Of a stretch of 33,207 bases of DNA, positions 1 through 9,270 are shown piece by piece (the stretch's first letter is position 1; the number at the start of each line of letters is the position of its first letter). This DNA is from Klebsormidium nitens (taxonomy: Eukaryota; Plantae; Klebsormidiophyceae). The stretch covers positions 1,949 to 35,155 of the forward strand of contig DF237725.1 in NCBI GenBank assembly GCA_000708835.1, written 5' to 3'. The notes under the pieces are model-generated. The model saw only the letters and a program-made list of their open reading frames with translations, had not been told where the DNA came from and made no database searches. The position numbers and the translations under genes are program-made.

Positions 1-194
1 AAAAAGCTTATCGGACGGTTCCCAGGCGCGCGGTGCACGTGGGTCTTATCGGACGGTCACGCGGTGAAGCAGTAACCTGGACACGTGGCGTGTAGTGAAT
101 CAATATATCAAATAAGTCGATAGCGTATAATAACGGACGATGCGCGGCCGCGAGTTCAGCGCGCAGCCGGGAGTCGGTGCGCAGTCGTGCCGTT

Positions 195-846
195 ACATCC
201 AGGAGGCGTTGGACTAAGGTGACAGGACAGAACGGACCACCGAAGCGAGCGATGTAAATTGTCTCGCCCTTGTGGTACTGGTCGGTCTTGCTGTCCGGGA
301 TGAAGAGCTCCATATGGGACTGCGCGACAAACCTGATGGACTGCCACGAGATGGCAACTAGATCGTCGTTACGCAGAAACGAAGTGTAGCAAAGCGTGAT
401 TGCTGTGAGCTTCATAAGCTGATGAAGATTGGCCGAGAAATTGCCCCAGAGGTCAAAGAGGCGGCGAATTTGGGAAGCGAGGAACGGCCGTTTCTGGTTC
501 AAACCAGCGACTTTGATTCGCCGAGCTGTCTCGCGCGCCATTTGAACGAGAGGATGGTTCGTCGGGGATAGGAGGCCAGCAAGGGAGTGATTCAAGTACA
601 CGGCCCCGGAGAAAGTGAGCAAGGGGGAAGGGCTTTTGGCGGTGCGAAGGAGTCGCATCATGTAAAGTGCAACGGTGAGAGGACCAGATGGCAGCGCTGG
701 AACACCCTTTTCCTGGCACCACTCCTTGTAGTGCTTCCAGGGACCCGCATATGTTTTAAATGTTCCCGCCGCACGGCACAGGAGAGCGGCGTCATGGAGA
801 TCGACAGAGAGTTGGGCGAGCTCCGAGTCGGCGGACGGAAGGCCCG
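195..846 (-). pseudogene. DIRS tyrosine recombinase, N-terminal and middle part only
   Basis: ORF 8..1162 contains an integrase N-terminal-like segment (AAGTFKTYAGPWKHYKEWC), FLRNDDL (catalytic Arg) and DSKTDQYHKG...CPV. Similarity ends after QRLLDV, and the H-x-x-R and Tyr motifs are absent. Confidence 0.85.
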
Positions 847-881
847 CTGAATTCAGGTCCCAGCTCTCGAAAGTAAACCAG

Positions 882-2988
882 TCAGCAAAATTCAAGTGAA
901 AGAAGTAAGAATACGAAAAATGACGCGAATAGAGGGAGGAAATCACCAACGTGATCGCGGAAGTCGACGTCGAGCGCGAACACGTCGGAAATGGGGACAC
1001 CCTTCCCGGAGAACCGGTCACGGGACGCCCGACCGGGAACCAGAACCTCGCGTCCCGCAGGAAAGTACAGCTGCTGCCGAACGAACGGTGCAAACCCCCG
1101 ACCAGATTCCACGCTGCCGCACAGGAGCGGCCACCACGGGGCGGAGCGCCAGCCAAGCACAACGAGCGTCATGCGCGCGCGACACGCGCGCGCGTGCCGA
1201 AGCGTCGGAGCGACAAGGTTCGGCGGTGGGAAACAGTACTTTCTCTCGTCGGCCCCCCAATCCTGCGTGAAAGTGTTCGCGGCCGCTGCGCCGGGACACC
1301 AATAGAACGTGTCGAATCTAGGGAGCTTCGCGTTGTGCTCGCTAGCGAATCGATCAACCGTGCACGGACCAAAACGCGCGGAAATAAAAGCAAAAGCCTC
1401 CGCAGAAAGCCCGAAATCGTCAACGTCACGAACTTTGCTCAAATAGTCTGCGCGCGCGTTCTCCTCCCTCGGCAGCCATTCCGGCCGGAGCTCGATTCGT
1501 TGCTCGGAACAGAGAGAAAACAGCTCGAGGCACACCGACTGCAGATGCTCCTTCGCGGATCCGCCCTTGGAGAGAATGGAAAAGACGTTCAGCGCGTCGC
1601 CGCGTGCGACAACCGTGCAGTCGCTGAGGAGCGGTCGGAAAGCACGAAGCAGCCGTAGCAGGCCCGTCAGCTCCCGCCACGTGGACGAAGCAACGCCGTG
1701 CACTTCGTGCGGCTCCCAGGAACCATGTGCTTTGTGCTGTTCAGAGCCGATGTCTAAATGCCCGCCCCAGCCTTGGCCGCCAGCGTCGTAGTACAGGACG
1801 CAGAGAACGGAATGCTTGCGCCAAATGTCACGGCTCTCAAAACGCGAAAGCTGGCTCCTCCAAAAACGAAGCTCGCCTAAGGCTGCGCTATCGAGCTGCA
1901 CCTTGCTGTACCAGGAGGAGCGGGTAGCTAGAGCTCGATGCAGAAAGCGCAAGAAAAGACCGGAAATGGGCCCTGTAAGTAGCGAAAGGGAAGTAATGAG
2001 GCCCGTAACGCGGGCAACGGTCTTGGCGGGGACGGACTGGGGATTGCGGAGGCACAACTCGATGGCAGAGTTGAGCTTGCTCTTCTGCAGCGCTGTCAGG
2101 CGAAACTGGCCGAACAGAGTGTCGATCACGAAGCCGAGGAATTTCACCACGTGGCTGCACTTGAGCTGACACTTTTCCTTCGAAACCACCAAACCAGCAG
2201 CTGCTAGATCTGCGAGGACGCACGCCTGAACACGGGCAAACTCTGCTGAGCTTCGGCACGCGAAAAAGAAATCGTCAATGTAATGGACCAGACGATAACC
2301 GCGAGCGCGCCAAGATTTGGTGAGCTGGCGCATCACCATCGTAAAGACGTAGCACGCAGGGGCGAGACCAAACGGAAGCTGCGTAAAAACATAGTATTGG
2401 CCCCGCCACTGGAAGCCTACAACTTCCAGTGCGGCTCGAAGATGTCGATGTGGTGATACCCAGCTTTGAGATCGATGGTGAAGAGCAGATTCTTAGGCAA
2501 ACAGAGCTCCGAGATCATCCGGATCGACTCGTACTTGAACTTCGTAATTTGAAGAAATTGATTGAGAAAACGAAGATCCAAGGTAAGGCGCAGCTTGTCT
2601 TCCGCTTTGGGCACGACCCCCTGGGGACTAACTAGAAAGGGGGGATCAGAAACGGATTGAATCGTGCCTGTCGCCAAGAGGTTGCTGACGGCATCCGTGA
2701 CGAAGCTGGCGTGCTCGAAGGCTGACGGGTGGTTGGGAAAGCGGTGAGGCTCTGTCGGAGGAGCGGAAATCCAAGGCAGCATGTAGCCGGTCAGCAGAAT
2801 ACCCATCACAAAGCTCGATGTGACGAAAGACTGCCAAAACTCGACATGGCGGCGAAGCCGGTGACGCAAGAAGGGCTCGTGCTTAGGAGCAGACTGCTTC
2901 GCTGCAGCGTTCTTGGCCGGATCACGGAAGTCCTCGAACTCGGCGGCTTCGGTCAAGTCAGCCAACTTGTGTAAAGACTCCTCAGTAG
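882..2988 (-). pseudogene. DIRS pol: reverse transcriptase - RNase H - DNA N6-adenine methyltransferase-like domain, with one frameshift at ~2421
   Basis: Motifs: SPQGVVPK..KLRLTLDLRFLN, DLKAGYHHI, (shifted frame) GFQWRGQYYVFTQLPFGLAPACYVFT, HYIDDF, FLG, YYDAGGQGWGG, SSTWREL, WLPREENARADYLSK, DRFAS..NAKLPRF, CFPP. ORFs 2417..3097 and 882..2339 are joined by a 1-nt shift. Confidence 0.92.
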
Positions 2989-3528
2989 CTGCAAGTACAG
3001 AGAAAAACGAAGAAAAACAAAAATTAAGAAAAGCACGAGAACGACAACTAGCAACGGGAAGAAACAAAACAGTGCGGATCGAGATGGATAAATCCAAGCT
3101 ACTTTGAGATGAGAACTCTCAGATAGACATCATCCCCGAATTGAGGTATATCGTAGCCGGCAACGTGCGGAGACACGGGCGTTTTATGGAAAACCACCTC
3201 TAATCGAGGGGCAGACCGTCAAACAATCCCATGCAGAGTTGAAACGGAGCGAAACGGACCGCGGAACGAGAACGGAACGGAACGGAAAGGAAAGGAAGAA
3301 GAGCAGAGGAGGAGGATACGGTATCAATGGTGGTTTGAACTTCCATTTTTGGAACTTCATTTGAACCTCTTCATGAACGGCCTTGCCCGGCCTGAACAAG
3401 ATAAGGAAGCGCAGACTCCCCGCAGACTCGTGGACTTAGCGTAAAATTGCGCAAATGCAGAGAGTGCTTCATTCGATTTTCATTCGGAATGCATTATGAA
3501 CTCCGAACGGAATGGTGGGGGTCCGGAA

Positions 3529-3746
3529 CAGGGTTTCCCACAGCCGGCAGCTACACTTGGACCTGGCCGGCCGAGAAGAGACCCCGGCCGGTGCCGAAGG
3601 CACCCTGCCGGCTGGTCAGCCGGCAGAAAATGCAGGCGCTTAGTGGGCTCAGCCGGCCGGTAAACCAAATGCTGGCTACCGAGCCGGCAGAACCGGGGGC
3701 GCGCCGGCAGCTGGCCGGCCGGGACAAAAGTCCGTGGGAAACCCTG
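3529..3746. mobile_element. hAT-type MITE, 218 bp
   Basis: Perfect 13-bp TIR CAGGGTTTCCCAC / GTGGGAAACCCTG, perfect 8-bp TSD GTCCGGAA (3521-3528 and 3747-3754), and 8 internal GCCGGC motifs. Confidence 0.93.
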
Positions 3747-4915
3747 GTCCGGAATGGTAGTCTCCTGTATACGGTACTCTACAGCCTCTCTACATCTCTA
3801 CAGTACCTAGATACGTACGTACGGTGCCTATTTTTAGCACTACGGTACATACTTTACAGTGGGAGAGTACGGTACCGTATGGTACCGCAGTGCAGTAGGC
3901 CCTTGGGTACCGTACCTTGCATGCTAGGTAGCTAAGTACGGTACTCTACCGTGTTCCGATTTCCTTCAGACTTCATTCAGAGTACTCCTGAATCCTGAAG
4001 TTCCGGAACACGGGTCCGGACCGCCGGGTCCCGGCGGGGTTTTTTTTAATTTGATTTATTTTTGATTTTATTCAATATTCCCAAGCAGGCCCCCCAGCTT
4101 CCGGAATTTCAGAATTCAGGAGAAACATGAATGAATCTTCAATGAATTTGGAATCTTCAGAATTATTTCGGGATTCATTCAGACTCCTTCTGAATCCTGA
4201 AAATTTGACTTCAAGCCATTTTTAACAGGTATTTATAATTTTACATTTAAAAAATAATAAAAAATAGCAGGGCCACCGGCGGCCGTCCAGATATTCAGAA
4301 TTCAGGAGAAATGTGAACGAATTCTGAATGGAACAGTCTTCAGAAACTTCGTGTACCGCGCGGTACACCGTACCGTACACTGGCACGCCTCGCCCTGGTC
4401 TGAGGTCGGTACCAGTACCTACTTTAACTGTTGGGCGCGCACGCCGATTGGTAGTAGGTACCGGTCTCGTACCGGTATATGTACCGACTCTGTGGGTACG
4501 ACCCACCCGTACCGATATGGGTACTGAGTTTGGTGAAAGACCAGTACCGTCCGCTGGTACCGTACAGCATGCGGAGTCCGGACTACGGTATCGGTACCTT
4601 AGTAAGGTACGGTATGCGACATTTGTACTCGAGCGACTACGCGAAGAACTCGAATTATGTTAAACACCAAAAAATACTAGTATTGCCAGATTATATCCAG
4701 TAGTATCAGCTTTCGGGCGAGCTCAGTATAGGTGACCAAGAAGGTCTTTGATCGCACGGGCGAGAAAAATGGTAATTGCTACATATTCCAATATTCCACG
4801 GACATACACACGAAACACAAAACATGTTAAACACCAAAAAATACAAACAACCGCCAAGCTTGAGGGTACCACTGTACTCGTATTTGTTGTACGCGACCAT
4901 GAAATGTTGGAACCG

Positions 4916-5330
4916 NNNNNNNNNNNNNNNNNNNNNNNNNNNNNNNNNNNNNNNNNNNNNNNNNNNNNNNNNNNNNNNNNNNNNNNNNNNNNNNNNNNNN
5001 NNNNNNNNNNNNNNNNNNNNNNNNNNNNNNNNNNNNNNNNNNNNNNNNNNNNNNNNNNNNNNNNNNNNNNNNNNNNNNNNNNNNNNNNNNNNNNNNNNNN
5101 NNNNNNNNNNNNNNNNNNNNNNNNNNNNNNNNNNNNNNNNNNNNNNNNNNNNNNNNNNNNNNNNNNNNNNNNNNNNNNNNNNNNNNNNNNNNNNNNNNNN
5201 NNNNNNNNNNNNNNNNNNNNNNNNNNNNNNNNNNNNNNNNNNNNNNNNNNNNNNNNNNNNNNNNNNNNNNNNNNNNNNNNNNNNNNNNNNNNNNNNNNNN
5301 NNNNNNNNNNNNNNNNNNNNNNNNNNNNNN
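4916..5330. other. Assembly gap (415 N)
   Basis: Run of N. The ORFs spanning it are artefacts. Confidence 1.
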
Positions 5331-5620
5331 GGCCTGACACTTGAAATGAACCGGGCTTCAAATTGTGTTCATCCGGGGTTCTCCTGAACCCTGAACTTCC
5401 GGAACCGGGGCCCGTGGGCCCGCGGGCCCGGCCGGCCTGGCACTTGCATATGACTCTTGGAACCGGGCTTCAATTATTTTTCATTCAGGGTTCTCCTGAA
5501 CCCTGAACTTCTAGAACTTGGTCCGGTCCGTGGGCCCGGCCGGCCCAACAATTTGAAATTTGGACCGGGCTTCAAGATACGTTCATTCAGGGTTCTTCTG
5601 AACCCTGAACTTCTGGAACA
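5331..5620 (+). repeat. Degenerate ~105-bp tandem array (about 3 visible units)
   Basis: The core ACCGGGCTTCAA...TTCATTCAGGGTTCTCCTGAACCCTGAACTTC recurs near 5350, 5462 and 5564. Confidence 0.85.
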
Positions 5621-7136
5621 GCTGGCTCTGTTTGCTCAAAGGTAGTGCCCGGGGAACGGAACGGTACAGGCGCGGTACCTGAGGAGTGTACGGGATTCCG
5701 GGGCTCCGCCCTAGGGGAAAAAATGAAGAATGAATGTACGAGTATAGACACGTATATGAAAGAGTTCAAAAAGGGGTCCAAAAATGGAAGTTCATACCAC
5801 CATTGATACTTTGTCAGGAGGAGGGCTGAATTGGAACTAGAGAAGTGAAAACCGGATTCGGACTCATTGGAATTCCTACGGATACAACTGAGATTGGTGC
5901 CGCAAAGGCGGTCTCTCAGCAGCGAAATCCTGGCCGAACCGAGGTAGGTAGGTAGGCTAATAGGGTGTTTCTAAAACGAAAGAACAGAAGAAAGGACGAA
6001 CTAGAGGTGGGACAAAGCAATCAGGCAGGGAAATTGAACACTGAGTAATGTTAAGATAGAAGTGGTTCAGTAGAACTGCTACGGAAACAACGGAGCAACT
6101 CGGGGCAAGGGAGTTCTGTGAAGTCGGAGTCCTGACCGGTGAATCTGAATGGTGATGACGTCAGCAGTAACAGAGGGAAGTGTGTCAGATTCGCAGAGCA
6201 GAATTGCACATGATTTAGGTATGAAAGAAATCTCGAACGGAAGAAAAGAATGCAGGTCAACAAGGAACGTGCTCCAAATGAGAAAAAATTAAAGTGGGAG
6301 CGGAGCATTGCCCTACCACAGAACGGAAAGAGCAAACGAGTGGCACAACAGGCCAGAGCGGAACGGAACGGAACGTCAGCGGAACGGGGAAGAAAAGGAA
6401 CTGTGAACGGAAACGGAACGCAAGGGAGGGAAGGGAAGGCAGAAGCCCTGTATGATGAAGGTGAGGATAAACGGAACGTCAAGGAACCGCACGCGAAATC
6501 GCCGGCAACAAGAATGAGAATAGAGTCGGATCGATAAAAGCAAACGAAGGAAGACGAAAAAGATGAGGCTGACGAGAATTGTCACGAAAAGGGTAGACAG
6601 TCTGTACCGCAAGCAGAAGAAAAAGAACCGGGAACGGAACGAAAAGCGAAGGACGGACCAAAATGGAACTGGTACTGAACGAAAGGAGTACAAGAACTTG
6701 AACGTGAACAAAAACTGAAGCGAGAACGAACGGGAAGAAAAGGAGGAGTACAAAAGTGCAAAATAGAGAAAGAACCAGGTAGAAGTTAGATGAGAGTGAC
6801 ACAGCTCTACAAAAAGTCTGAAGTTCAACAGAAGTCCTTGAAGATGGAGGAAGAACAGGGAGCAGAACCCTAGAACACCAGCCGGGTAACGCCCAAATTA
6901 CCGCAAGGAATAGGAACGGAACACGGAACGAAAAGGAAATCCTCTGTAAGAGTGTGAGAAAAGAACGGAGAGGAGACGTGGAGGGAAACGAAGCACAAGA
7001 GAATGCTCAATCAGGATAGACTAAAGAATGAGATCATGAGAACGGCGGCTTGATTAAGATGCAAACACAATTGTTGTACATAAGAACTAGAGCGAAGCAC
7101 AAAAGCAGCCTGTGGAAAAGAATTATGTAATTACAT

Positions 7137-7306
7137 GTAAACGAAGATGTTTCTAAGAAAGGACGCAATCTGAGGCCAGGGAATTGATGAAAACATGGAA
7201 GGGTGGAGGAATCAATCGTGGGTAAACGAAGATGGCTCTAAGAAAGGACGCAATCTGAGGCCAGGGAATTGATGAAAACATGGAAGGGTGGAGGAATCAA
7301 TCGTGG
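7137..7306 (+). repeat. Two-copy 85-bp tandem duplication in the DIRS spacer
   Basis: GTAAACGAAGATG...GGAGGAATCAATCGTGG occurs at 7137-7221 and 7222-7306 and the copies are nearly identical. Confidence 0.95.
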
Positions 7307-7542
7307 CTCAAGGATCATCAGATGAATCGCGACAAGAAGTGAAGTAGTACAAATTCAGTTTCACTCCTATGAAAAGAAACCCTACTCAAGGTCAAAGTAG
7401 TGTTACTGACAGGAGTCTCTCAAGTCATGCTACTCATAGGTTGCCAAAGTACAGAACCCTAGCTCACTACATCAGAGTAGGACTAAAGTACTGCTCATTA
7501 TGGTATCCCAAAGCTACAGTAATCTGCTATGCTGAACTGCTC

Positions 7543-8533
7543 TCAGAAGTAACCGCGACTGGCGTTAGCTGCTATGCTGGCGGAGTTGGGGCATGCCGCT
7601 GCCACGTGTCCATACTGCTGACAAGACCAGCACTGGAGGTTTGCAGCACGACTACTGGCCATAGGGGGGTGGGACCACGAGGACCAGGAGCAGGGACAGC
7701 AGGGGGGGGAAGAGAAAGGCCAGGAGCAGGGGATGGGGTGCGGTTCGAAGGGGGGAAGTATTGGCTCTGGTAGATTGGAAAGGGGATAGGACTGGGCTGA
7801 GGAACAACTGGCATAGGAGCAGGCATCAAAACAGGTTGAGGGGGGTGGAACCACTGAGCAGATGGGGAAGGAGACCGGGCTCTATTGGAGAAGGTGTTCC
7901 TGCTAGGGTTCTGGAATTGATGACTCTTCTGCTCCTTGGGTGGTTTGGAAGCTTCTTCGGCAGCCTTGCGTTTCTCAGATAAGGACTTCTTGGCGCGAGA
8001 AACCAGAGACACCTCAGCCGGATCCTTCGAAGCTTCATCCCTCAAACGTAACATCTCAGAGGCAACCTCCAGACCCTCAGAATCCCAATCTTCCAGAAAC
8101 TGCATGCGGTCGAAGATGGTCTTCTCACCTTCGTCACACTGATTCTTGAGGGCAGCGACTTGATCTTCGGAGAGCTGAGACAGAGGGGAGGTGCCATCCA
8201 GATGGTTCTCGAAGACTGACTTGGCCTGAGATATGACTTGCTGCGCTTGCTCCAGAGGTTCCATGTGCTTCTTCACTTCAGGATTCCCGATGCGATCGGA
8301 TCTCTTTGGAGCAGCTCTCGCCTGGATTTGGGACTGCAGCTGATCAATCTTCTCGGCCCCTGCTTGGCAAGATTTGCAGCCTGCTGAGAGGCATGCTCGG
8401 ACAGCTGACGTGAGATCTGGGACAACAGGGCCTCGCTACGAAGAGTGGCTTCTTTCGCTTGCTTTGCATAGTCCTCAGGGGTCATAGTTGCAGCGCCTCC
8501 CTCAGCGGGGGTTTGGTCTTCCGGTCCAGCCAT
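7543..8533 (-). pseudogene. DIRS Gag-like protein with C-terminal CCHC zinc knuckle; two 1-nt frameshifts (~8358, ~7666)
   Basis: MAGPEDQTP... continues into a helical region (FLEDWDSEGLEVASEM), then a Pro-rich linker, then CWSCQQYGHVAAAC (CX2CX4HX4C). Confidence 0.8.
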
Positions 8534-8955
8534 CGTGCATGGAGCGAAAACTCTTTTGCAGATTGATGAACAGAGCAAAAGCTGAACGTAGAGACCAGGA
8601 AGCTTCGAAGCACCAAAGCAAGCAGAGAGAACTCTCGAAGATGAGCTGAAAGCAGATCTAAGAAGCAACTGCCTGGCTGCACGTCCTGAAGGCGCACTCA
8701 ATTGCTGCAATATCAACGGAGTAGTGCTACTAAGCAGGAAAGGAGCAAAGATGAAGAAGAAAAGAGTTGTTGCATGGCCTTCTTCGAGGGGAAGCAAGGA
8801 GGCGCCGTCCTCCTTGCGCTGTGACTTCGTCTTGCAGAGCGACAGAATGAAGACGAAGGCACAGAGGTGCGGCTTGAAAAGCCGCGATTCGGGTTAGCGT
8901 TCTCGTTAGCAGAGAACCGTAATTTTCGACTAACTACGAACGTCGAAAATTGGGA

Positions 8956-8964
8956 AAACCCTAA
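8956..8964 (+). promoter_or_regulatory. Telo-box-like motif AAACCCTAA between DIRS gag and SEC1
   Basis: Exact plant telo-box 9-mer in a putative promoter zone. Function not shown. Confidence 0.3.
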
Positions 8965-9270
8965 CAGTACAAACACTGACGACGACCTACCACAATATAC
9001 TCGAGATTGCTAAATGCTGACGTCAAGGCTCAACTTTCATGCCTCCGAGTCAAACCTGGCAAGTTCTTGAGGGTAGCTAGTATATATATATCCTGGATAG
9101 GTACCGTGCCTTGGTAGTTGTTTCAGACGACCAATTCATCCAATTTGCTGATCTACGCCTGTGCTCACCCTACATTCTTCTCTGTCTGTCCCCTCTCTTG
9201 TATGCTCCAAGTTCTTTCATCCTTCAACGGCGAGCTTGATTAGGTTGGGGTGTGACCGCTTCTGGGCACA

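Larger units (their letters stand above)
3324..5806. mobile_element. Non-autonomous TIR DNA element (~2.48 kb) with TA target duplication, probably Tc1/mariner-like
   Basis: 51-bp imperfect TIRs at 3324-3374 (TCAATGGTGGTTTGAACTTCCATTTTTGGA...) and 5756-5806, about 42/51 identical with 1 mismatch in the outer 30 bp. TA flanks both ends (3322-23, 5807-08), and the reconstructed empty site is cgGTACttt. No transposase is visible. Confidence 0.8.
190..9090 (-). mobile_element. DIRS-like tyrosine-recombinase retrotransposon (gag, RT-RH-MT, YR); boundaries approximate; 3' part interrupted at ~190
   Basis: Gag with CCHC knuckle, RT (YIDD), RNase H, dam-like MT and YR (SKTDQ) are all on the minus strand in canonical DIRS order. 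The same CGTTC-rich spacer composition occurs on both sides of the internal insertion. Termini are not identifiable in the window. Confidence 0.85.

Noticed and set aside
2415-2425. Programmed ribosomal frameshift in RT
   Set aside because: No slippery heptamer is present, it lies mid-domain, and a 1-nt homopolymer loss explains it.
4723-5387. Long ORFs across 4.7-5.4 kb
   Set aside because: They consist of X residues from the N gap.
5331-5620. CRISPR-like repeat/spacer array
   Set aside because: The inter-core segments are also similar to each other, the context is eukaryotic and there are no cas genes. It is a degenerate tandem repeat.
6051-6828. Hydrophobic ORFs as an env-like membrane protein in the DIRS spacer
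   Set aside because: The F/S/L/R richness follows from T/C-rich low-complexity DNA, several frames look alike, and no motif is recognisable.
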